Shown piece after piece: positions 54,275-64,000 of a stretch of DNA of 64,000 nucleotides. The position numbers and the translations under genes are program-made. Source of the stretch: Eledone cirrhosa. Its lineage: Eukaryota. How positions within the stretch are numbered: the stretch's first letter is position 1; each line of letters begins with the position of its first letter. The notes under the pieces are model-generated. The model ran no database searches and was not told where the DNA came from. It saw only the letters and a list, made by a program, of their open reading frames with translations. The stretch lies in assembly GCA_964016885.1 (NCBI GenBank), contig OZ024741.1, forward strand, positions 153,760,001-153,824,000, read 5' to 3'.

Positions 54275-54508
54275 AATGCCATACAGCATGACAAAAATAT
54301 GATAGAATATAATCCAGATGTTTCTGATGTTCTTGAATTATGTGAATCTGAAGATCTAATTCCAATAGAATCCCTAAATGATACAATTTATGTTATGGAA
54401 CCAGAAAATACTACTTCAACAAAAACTAGTTCTACTACTACTACCTTAAAGTCAAAGATCTATTTGAAATTTTCTGATGAAAATAAATCAGTTGAATATC
54501 CTGAAAGA
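54275..54508 (+). CDS. CORO2: Coronin exon 12, acidic/Thr-rich linker (NAIQHDKNMIEY...SVEYPER); possible cassette exon
   Basis: Branch-like ctaat followed by ctctgcag| ... AGA|GTAAGT, 234 nt, phase 0/0, open frame. Confidence 0.75.
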
Positions 54509-55864
54509 GTAAGTGATTAGAGGTAGTGTGCCTAAATAACACTTTAGAAACCATGTTGTTGTTTTACTTAGTAGACCTGTTGTCTATTAAGCTCAACATT
54601 TCAACTGACCAGTTCTGTTTAAAACTATTTTATTAATCCAAACATTTCAACTGACAAATTACATATAACCTAATATCAACTGGCATAAGACTAACTCATT
54701 TATGAATAAAAAATGTTTAATCGCCTACCAAACCAAAATATGGGCCACTAACAAGAGTTTGATATCTCTCTTTCTATGGCTATAGTTATCAATAGAGGGA
54801 GATAAATTTATTGTTGAATAGACGTATACAATGAGGAAAGTTTTTTAAAAAATAAGACAAAATAGTTAACAGGAATAGAGAAAAAAAAGCAGAGTTGAAA
54901 AAATATAAAAAGTGGGAAGGGAGGGATAAACTCTATACTCTTAGCAAGGGAGTATATCAGCTGCACCATATTAATATTTATCTGGAGAAGGAAGGTTCCA
55001 TCAGGTTTAAATGCTTGTGACAAGTTGTATGTCATGGCAGGGATGAAGAAATGAAATTATATCATTTATTGCAATCAATTGCAGATAGGCAAATATAATT
55101 TTTCATACTGAAATGAATATCTTCAGATATTGGCATATAAAACGGTAGTTAAAACGGTAATAGAATCATCATATACTAACATATCACTAAAACGTTTCAA
55201 TGTTTATTTTAATATTTATTCAAATGTTAATATGTTAATATTACTTTTATTTATGTATTTATAATCAAAACCATTATATTTTTATATTAATCACTTAACA
55301 AATTTAACAAATTTGAGTTTTCAATGTAAGAACAACTTTTTCAATTCAACTTATGAAATAACTATTCAAATTACAGGTGTTGGAATTCAGACTGATTTAT
55401 TTATTGAACATTCATATTTTATTCAATAGTTTAAACTTTAACTCAACTGAAATTTGTCAGTCATTTTTGAAATGGTCACACTTCTGGTATGAAAGTTTAA
55501 TCTCCATATCATTGCATCATGTTGTTGATATTCCATTTCACCAAATAACATTTTCATAAAAGGCATTATTGCATAGTAGACACTTAGCCTTCTAGCCATC
55601 TTCAATTCTACTTTAAGAATTTTTCAGGATGATTATAAAATAGTTTTATATCACACACATAAATAGAATACTTTTACAATAAAAAAAATATCCCCCCAAA
55701 ATGTATAAATCAACATATTTCTATAATGCTTGTTAATGTTTTTAGTATTTTTGTTATTATACTGACTGAATGCATTATTTGCTTTTAGCCCTTTTAATAT
55801 AAAGCCAGCTAAAATTGAAAACCATCAATTTTAAATGGCTCCTATTTCAATTAAAAAAAAATCT

Positions 55865-57110
55865 CCTTTTTTTCTTTTTCTTTCTTTTTTCATTTTCTTT
55901 CTTTCCCTTTCTTTCCTTTTCTTTATTTTTTCTTTTCTTTTTCTTTTCTTTTCTTTTCTTTTTCTTTTTCCTTTTCGTTTTCTTTTTCTTTTTCTTTTTC
56001 TTTTCCTTTTCGTTTTCTTTTTCTTTTCCTTTTCGTTTTCTTTTTCTTTTCCCTTTCCTTTTTCTTTTTCTTTTTCTTTTTCTTTTTCTTTCTCTTTTTC
56101 TTTTCTTCTTTTTCTTTTTCCTTTTCTTCTCCTCATCCTTCCACTTATTTCTAAGAAGGTCGTGGGCGCAAAGTCCTCAAACACTGCTTTCAGCGGATTC
56201 TATCAGAAGCAACCATCTTCAACTGATCTGGTTGGATCCACAAGCGAGACCAGTTAAGCTCATGGATGTTATCTAAACATCTTGCTTGGGGGTCTACCCC
56301 TGGGTCTCCTGCTGGCTGGTTTTGCCTGTAAAATCTATCCAGCAATTCTTTCCTATGACATTCTAACCACATGCCCATAGTATTGGAGCTGTGATCTTTC
56401 AATTCAGAGAAGTAGCAGCTCTACCTTGAGTGATTCTCTGATTTCTGAGCTCCGCACTCTATTGAGTAACGTTACTCCAAACACTCCTCAGAGGAATTCC
56501 ATTTCGGCCGTTTGTATTTGCAATTGTATTCTTTCGGTCATTACCCAAGATTCATGACCATAGGTTGGCACGAATAGCGAGTTTGGTTTTTACACCTATC
56601 TCAATGCTGAATCTGGTACATTACTGCACCAGCTCCTGCAATTCTTGCACTTAATTCAACCTCTTGCCTTCCATCATTCATGAACTCAGCCCCAAGATAC
56701 TTGAACTTCTCCATCTGCTTCAGTGGAACTCCATTCACATGTAGAGTGCACTGCGCAGGCTTCCTTGAGAGGACAAGTGTCTCAGTTTACGCAGCACTGA
56801 TTTTCATTCCAGTCATGCAGCACTTGGCATCAAACCTATCAAGTGCAAGCCGGACATCACCTTCTGTCGAGTTAAGTAACACCATGTCGTCTGCAAATTT
56901 CAGCCGACTGATTTTACACCTGCACATGTCAATCCTGTTCATTATTTTCATGAACAGGTGAGGTGACAGTATGCATCCTTGGCAGAGTCCGACTCCCACA
57001 TTGAATAGTTTTGATTTAGCACCATTTACCCGAATACAAATATTTGGGCATTCGTATAGAGGCATCAGGGCAAAAAGAAACTGACCATCGATCCCATAAT
57101 CCTGCAGAAA
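55865..57110 (-). mobile_element. 5'-truncated RTE-like LINE with an expanded (GAAAAA)n tail
   Basis: Minus strand GVGLCQGCILSPHLF, KFADDMVL, KFKYLG and RPRGRP motifs at 56150-57110. The tail is the (TTTTTC)n tract at 55865-56130 on the + strand. Confidence 0.88.
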
Positions 57111-58025
57111 TAAAAATCTTCCAACATAATTTTATATAGTAACTGTTAAGTTACTATTTCAGTAATGAAATAATGAATAAGTTTAGTAAATCCCTCAAAA
57201 TTCTTCATTGATTCATTGAAATAGGATGTATTTCATTAGATATATGGTTGTGAAAGGGTTACAAAACATTTAAAACCCTTTTATTAGTTATTTTAATATT
57301 GAACACCAACCGATTAAATTGATTACACTATACTGTTTTTAGTCTACTATATTTTTAATTTTGTCTAAAAGTAGTTTATATAAGTCAAAACCTCTTTTGT
57401 ATTATATAAAGCCTTCAGTCTTTATTTAACTCTTTTGATACCAAATCACTTCAAATTGCCCCTAGGTTTAAATATGAAAGTGCTTGTTTTAAAGTGATTA
57501 TATTCATCTAAAAGCCTTCCATCATAATTCTATGTAAAACTGTTCTGTTAATTTATATTCCAAACACCAGTTTAATAATTAGAAAGTTAGTTATTTTATT
57601 AAATCCCTCGAAATTTTTTATTATTATCAAAATTAATTGAAAACTGCAGGCAGTGTCTTTTATTAGAAATATGGTAACAAAAAGGTTAAAAGGTTCCTCT
57701 TTACATTGTTTAACTTATTCAGCTCTTGTATTGATTCTGCAATAAATACTATATTGTCCATAATAGCTCACAAAAATGACAATTTAAAAATTCATCCAAG
57801 CTATGAGTCCTATTATAAATCTCTATCTTTATTTACCCTGGGAAAATTTAATTATATACAAATTTAGTTATCCTATTCATTAAAAAGTATCTCTTGTGTA
57901 CACTTAAAGTTTAAAAAAAAGTAATTATCCAGCTTCTTCATTAAAAAGGAGCCTATTAGTTTGAGCTGTTTAATTCTACACAAGCACTTAGACAATATGT
58001 AATCCTAAAAAATTGTTTATTTTAG

Positions 58026-58046
58026 AAATTATTAACAAAAACCAAG
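58026..58046 (+). CDS. CORO2: Candidate 21-nt microexon (KLLTKTK)
   Basis: ttgtttattttag|AAATTATTAACAAAAACCAAG|gtaagt. Consensus donor, phase 0/0, TGCATG at 58089. Confidence 0.65.
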
Positions 58047-58310
58047 GTAAGTGTTCTACTTATTGATTAAATTAGAGTAAATATTCAATGCATGCTACAT
58101 CTACATTAGCTGATGCATCATCATCATCATCATCATCATCATCATAGTGTATCAACCAGAGTGTGACTTTTTTAGTGTTCTTTCTAAACTGTCGTCAGGG
58201 TTGCAATTTTCACTGGACAATTTCCAAATCTATCTACATGCCTGTCTATCTATTTATCTAACTGTGTGTATATAAAAAGTAAGGATAAATTTGTTTATTA
58301 TTGATTTCAG

Positions 58311-58319
58311 TCTACAAAG
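58311..58319 (+). CDS. CORO2: Candidate 9-nt microexon (STK)
   Basis: ttattattgatttcag|TCTACAAAG|gtttgt, phase 0/0. TGCATG downstream at 58447 and 58568. Confidence 0.4.
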
Positions 58320-61300
58320 GTTTGTATAAAAGAGATATAGTAATATAGTGAACTGGTAACTTAGCAGTTAATTAACCAGGCCACCAACTGAGAGGAATTA
58401 TAACAATTTTTAAAATGTTCTCTCAAGATTATAATTTCTTAGTAAGTGCATGCTTGTCTCTAATCCTACTAAAAATTACTTTCTACCTTTATATTGTATT
58501 GTAATTATTTGTCTTGTCATTAAATCTTCTCTTTCCAGATCACTGTGATAATTTCACTATGTGTATCTGCATGGTTTCATTGTGAAAGCAAATAAAACAG
58601 TTTGTAATAATTCCATTTAATCAATTCATTTCAGAATTTGTAGTATTAATCAAGTAAAAGTAAACAGAGCAAGGCTGAATAATTAAAGGGCTCACTTTAC
58701 AGCTATGAGATTCTGGGTTCAATCCCACTACATGGAATCTTCAGCTAGTGTCATTTACCATAGCCTTGGGTCAGCTCAAGCCTTGTGAAAGAAATTGGGT
58801 AGATAGAAACTACTTTGGAAGCCCATCAGATGTACTGTGTCTGTAATTCAATAGCTGGCCTTGTCACAGTGTGTCATGCCAAATCTCCCTGGGAATTACA
58901 TTAAGGGTACTTGTGTCTGTGGAATACTCAGCTACTTGTATGTCAATTTAACAAGTAGGCTGTTTTGTTGCTCGAACTACTGCAACACACATCAGTGCAA
59001 CTGATGGCAGTCCATTCAGTTTTATTCAAGTAAAGATTTTTAAAAACTTAAATTTACATGTTTAAAAACTAATTATTAAAATGTCTTTAATAGTTAAAAA
59101 AGAAAATGACCTTTCTTAGCAGAATCTGGTGAAACCAAAATATAATTTAGTCATTACGAAAATTATAAGATTAAATGTTAACTGCAATCTCCTCTTTTAA
59201 TAGTTTAACCACAACCACCCAATTTTTAAATTCTAAAACCAGTCATACTTTAGATTATGATCCTGTAAGTGGTGCCCCTAACAAATAGAAACCCTTCTAA
59301 ATATAAACATGGCTCACCCCATCACTATTTGTATTTGAAAGATTCTTGATAAACAAATTACTAAATCAAAAACTTATATTTCAGAAGAATTTAAGAGGAA
59401 GTTGAAATTCATATTAAAACAAAATATATATATTTAAAATGTAGTTGTTCCAGTGTAAATGACTATAACAGTAGTCATTCACTATAAATAATAGAAAATC
59501 GAGTTAAGTACCCTTGTTCATTTTTTTCTCATCTCCAGATGTACTTTACTCTATTATCTCAACTATTATAGTATTTGACTATTGTTGTAGTCATATATAT
59601 ATTGCTATTTTGACCAAATGTATTATTGATACTGAGTTGTTGCTTTCACTCTTGTCTAATTATTTCTCCATTTCTTTCTCAACACTTTCTTGTTTCCTCC
59701 TCCATATATGCTTGCATTTTCATTGTTTTCTTCATTCTCTTCATGACATTGTCTAATGTTCATTAAAAAATATCAGTCATTAGAGCATTGGAAAGAATAC
59801 CTTGTCATGTTTGTCCTGCATCTCTGCACCCTGAGTTTAAGTCCCACTGAGGTCAACTTTACTTTTTATTTTTTTTGTGGTCAATAAATAAATAGCAATC
59901 AAAGTGGTGGTGGTAGACTGGTGTAATTCTTAAAATGTTGGATGGGATGCCATGACTCTGTTAAAATCTTGTCTTCTGTTGGGATGCCATGTAAGGTATC
60001 TGTTTTGTAGTATCTGATATGAGAAAAAAAAGAACAACAAAAACGGTGGCACTTCTTCCAGGAGTTGTCACTGGCAGATATTTTCAGTAATGGAAAAAGG
60101 AAAGGATATGATCATCAGATCAAACCAAGTAAATTGTGTTTCACTTGGTCTTTCCATTGTTGATATTATCTGCTGGTCACAACTCCTGGCAGAAGAAAGG
60201 TGCCGATTGTTAGATCAGACCAAGGGAACTATATTTCCATTGGTCTTTCTATTGCTGATACTATATACTTTGGCAGAAGTGTCACCTCTTTTTCTGATGA
60301 TGGGATATGGGATTTGAATTCAGAATTCAGAGCCACAATAGATACCGGACAAAGCATCTCATTTGATTCTTTTAACAGTTTCACCAATCCACTTCTTCTC
60401 GAATGGAACTTTGTTGACCCTGAAAGAACGAAGGCAAATTAACTTCAGTGGGATTTGAACTCGAAGTGCAGAGAGCCAGAACAAATACACATGAATTAAA
60501 TCCAATGCACCACCATAGGAAAGACCAGTTGATTTGTAGGATTGGTGATCTCATCAATCATCATCAATATCAAATCTTTATAGAATCAGTATAGTTTAAG
60601 AATATCTATAATCTAAAGGGATTGTTAAATATCTTTGGTTAAATAAGTTTATTTATTTAATTATTATTTTGATATTTATTTTCCATCATAATAAATCTAA
60701 TTATATAACTATGTTAGTGTAAGTAGGTGTTTTGGTGTTAGTGGGCTTCAGTACATCTCTTTGGAGCACTACTATACAACAAGCCTTTAAAAAGGCTATT
60801 TTTTCCTGTTAAAGGTGTTGTTTGCCTTGTGAATTCCTTGGTAAACTTCATACTTATCATGGGGTCCCTTTTGAAGCAATGTTTTACCTTCAGGTACTCT
60901 TTCTGGCAATAACCATTTTAGTCTTACCTTTTACAATGTGCAAGGATATGATGTACCTATTCTGAATTGGATAACCATAGAGAGCACTATTGAAGTCTTT
61001 AAATTTCATTCGGTGTATCTAATGAAATTTTACCTTATCACTCTCCAAGCATATCTTAACAGCAAAGTGATCTTATCCCTCTCCAAACTGTCTATATATT
61101 TTTACAATTTAGTGGTCATAGCCTTTGAAAGTTAAGTTTTTTTTCCTTTCTTCTAATGCTACAATGATAGGATTCTGAAATTATTAAACTTTTAGTTTAT
61201 TGTCTAGCATCCTATGACACTTCAGTTGCCAATTGGGTATCTTAAGTTATCTATAAAATGAATTTTCATAGCTAAATGTATTTTTATTGAAACTTGCATG

Positions 61301-62009
61301 GTCTATCTGTTGCTGTTGTTTGTCTATGATGTATTTCAGTCAGAGATTGTTTCAGCATCCCCTCTTCCATGCACACAATTCTGAAAGTATTTATCTGTTG
61401 TCCAAATATATATTTCCTTGTTGATTCAGTATGTCATTCTATCATATATCCATGAGATATATTTAACTTTTGAATGCAAAAGAATTGTCTATGAATAAAA
61501 CCATAAGTCTATATAATAATTATTATTATATTACATAAAAAGGCAGAGGACTGGCGGAATAAGTAGAGCATCAGAAAAAAAATTTTGAGGTATTTGCTCT
61601 GGCTCTTTATGTTCTAAGTTCAAATCCCACCAAGGTCAATTTTGCCTTTCACCCCTTTCAATATCAATAAAATACAGTACCAGTAAAGTACTGGGCTTGA
61701 TTTAAATCATCTTTCCTTTGCTCCTCAAAATTGCTTGCCTTGTGCCTAAATTAGACGCCATTGTTAGAATGAGAAACCCTTATTATATATTGCATAAAAA
61801 CTTTAAAATTAATTTTATATGTAAATTACAGTTTAGAATTATCAAATGTAATGTTTAATTTCTAGTTGATGTTCTCTATTTTCAAATTACATTTTCTCAT
61901 CACATGGCACTAATTATTCAATAAGAGAGCTTCACTTTTAGTTCTAAAGCAATGTAATAGATTTCAATATAGGAGTTGTACTTGTGAGGCAAATGTCTGA
62001 AACTGTATG

Positions 62010-62290
62010 TTGAAAGTAAAACAATTACATTGTGGAAGAGTCATCTTAGCCACAGTTGTACTTGTATAGCAAGTGACTTGATTTGAAACAATGTGTGTTG
62101 AAACTAAAGCAATCATAGCATAGTAAAGTCATTTTAACCACTGTGACTTGATCTGTGACTGTTGAAAATAAAGCAGTTATATTGTGAAAGAGTCATTTTA
62201 TCCACAGTTATACTTGTCTCGCAAGTGACTTGACCTGAGACCATGTATTGAAACTAAAACAATTACTTCATGAAAGAGTCAATTTAGCTA
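62010..62290. repeat. Degenerate tandem repeat; a related single copy lies at about 33290-33380
   Basis: gcaagtgacttga.ttgagac.atgt.ttgaaactaaa.caatt...gagtcatttta recurs 3-4 times. Confidence 0.7.
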
Positions 62291-62586
62291 TTCAGAAAAT
62301 CCACTAAGCTATTATATTCACTTTTCATTTATTTTATAGTAAAGAATGTGATGAAAATGCAATAAATAAAAAATGTAAAGAGAACTTAATGCTTTTTGAA
62401 TGGCTAAAATAACTCTTCCACAATGTAATAACAAATAAATATAGTTTGGATTATATCAGTGTTCCAAAATTCTCAAACCTTGAAAGCTGTTATTATATGT
62501 TTTTAACAATCTTAAGCTTTTCAAACCCATGCAAACTATAAATAATTTTAAAACCTACACCTTACTTTGTAAATATTTCCCTGTAG

Positions 62587-62607
62587 AGACAGACAAGTGG
62601 GAACAAG
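62587..62607 (+). CDS. CORO2: Candidate 21-nt microexon (RQTSGNK)
   Basis: atatttccctgtag|AGACAGACAAGTGGGAACAAG|gtaggt. Purine-rich exon with good splice sites, phase 0/0. Confidence 0.65.
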
Positions 62608-63179
62608 GTAGGTTTTGGAATTATCCCAAAATAATTGTTGCTAGATCCTTGATGTATATCCTGCAAACCCCACACCTCTACACCTAAATTGTCTGCCTTA
62701 TATCTCCTTTTGTTGCTTTATATTCCAACTAACAACAAATTATATGGAATTCACATTTACAAAATATTTCAATGGATATTTTTTTATTAAATGGTTTGTT
62801 TTTTTACTCTGAAAATCGTCCTACTTAATATAAAAATATTATAAAACTAATAAACTATCATCAGTATCATTGATATCTAGTTATCTTTGCTGGCATGGGT
62901 TGAATGTGTCTGCCATTCAGTATATATCCAATTGTCACATTCTTTTACCATCTTTTCTGTGATAACCATCATCCTGAATTATTACTTTACTACTACTTCC
63001 TTCATGTTTTGTCTCTAATGGCACCTTCCTTGGTATTTTGTCATGGTATCTTTAATATTAGTATTTTCCAATGGCATCTCTTATGGTATTTACAGTGGTA
63101 TCTTCCAATGGTAATCCTTGTGATATCTTACAATACCTTCAATTGTATCATCCATGGTATCTCCAATAGTATCTTCCAC

Positions 63180-63485
63180 TTCTAGTGTAGAGTGTTTGTT
63201 CAGTTCACAACCATTGTCCACTTGTATCATATATCCAGGCAATTCAATATTTTCTTTCTTGCACTTTGGTTCATGTTATAATAACCAGCCTTTCTGCCAT
63301 CTCACTTGTACTCTTGCCTTTCAGGAACTTTAACATTACACATTTAATAGATCAACTTCAAGCTTATCTCATTTCTCTTTAAACGTTCTAATTTAGTGCA
63401 CATATTTCACTACTAAATATCACACAGCTTACACATACTTCATACAATCTACATTTCACATAAAGACAGAAGCCCTTTCTGTTGT
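63180..63485 (-). mobile_element. Highly decayed RTE 3' fragment
   Basis: Minus strand KGFCLYVKCRLYEVCV resembles KGFSLSMKGWLYDACV at 32140. Confidence 0.55.
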
Positions 63486-63896
63486 TGCTGTTTAGTCCCA
63501 GACCAAGCCTGTCCCAAATTACAGTTATATATTTTTCTACATATTCCTAACTAGAGACTTAACATTCTTTGAAATCTATGGTGTTCTCTGTTATCTTGGT
63601 GCAAATATTCAGATCAGTGTAGGTACATAGATATATATAATTCAAAATATCTTTTGAGGGTTTTTCTTTCTCAAGCAAATTAATATTACTTGCACAGTAG
63701 CTTTGCACTTCTCCAATAATATTACCATATTTTTAATATCATCCTTAAATATATTTTCTCACATTTATTGCGCATCATTTCTTTCGATCTATCACTAAAT
63801 CACTGCAGTTCAGCTTCCCCCTTTTTTCTGCCCTGACCCCCACCCCAACACAACTTTGCTAACTCTATCTTGCATTGCTATCTCCTGTGCTTATAG

Positions 63897-63980
63897 ACAA
63901 TCCATGTGAAGAAAGTATGGTCCCCAACTCCTATGTCTCCTACAAGTCTGGAGAATGGGACTAATCAGCTTGATGCTGAG
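63897..63980 (+). CDS. CORO2: Coronin linker exon (TIHVKKVWSPTPMSPTSLENGTNQLDAE); gene continues beyond the window
   Basis: gctaac branch site, tctcctgtgcttatag| ... GAG|GTGAGT, 84 nt, phase 0/0, open frame. Confidence 0.8.
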
Positions 63981-64000
63981 GTGAGTAAATAATAGCTCTT

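Noticed and set aside
55789-55830. TGC-preceded acceptor suggestive of an SRRM-type microexon
   Set aside because: Immediate in-frame TAA and no GT donor nearby.
55815-56276. Phe/Ser-rich and Lys/Arg/Glu-rich ORFs
   Set aside because: Translations of the (TTTTTC)n LINE tail.
58539-58600. Acceptor-like site (tcttctctttccag) as an alternative terminal exon ITVIISLCVSAWFHCESK*
   Set aside because: There is a nearby AATAAA, but this is common in AT-rich DNA. No good donor and no homology, so it cannot be supported without RNA data.
59539-59575. Strong-looking acceptor tttttttctcatctccag
   Set aside because: No frame-compatible strong donor, and a stop within 11 codons.
62340-62410. Acceptor followed by KECDENAINKKCK...
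   Set aside because: Phase is incompatible with neighbouring phase-0 exons and the donor is weak.

Overview
Eukaryotic, AT-rich, microsatellite-rich genomic DNA. The repeat content suggests a mollusc, probably an octopus or other coleoid cephalopod; this is inference only. One protein-coding gene spans most of the window on the + strand: a type II coronin (CORO2A/2B-like WD40 actin regulator). Nine phase-consistent exons from 29969 to 44547 encode about 391 aa of propeller and C-terminal extension. Linker exons follow at 51033, 51380, 54275 and 63897; the C-terminal coiled coil and stop codon lie beyond the window. Reading splice sites by eye also gave two candidate alternative coding first exons (11713-11742 and 24102-24167) that splice in frame onto the conserved Met, and a cluster of frame-preserving candidate microexons (21, 9 and 21 nt) in the linker introns with nearby TGCATG motifs. 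The rest is repeats: 19-bp and 57-bp minisatellites, decayed RTE LINEs (one nested in an older copy, with a PHD-like C4HC3 insert and a 99-bp 3' triplication), a CRE-like restriction-endonuclease LINE relic, tRNA-type SINEs with clear TSDs, four TTAA-flanked MITE families, non-autonomous Helitrons and a 200-N gap. I found no prokaryote-type system, CRISPR array or intact RNA gene. Most ORF-track entries are repeat artefacts.
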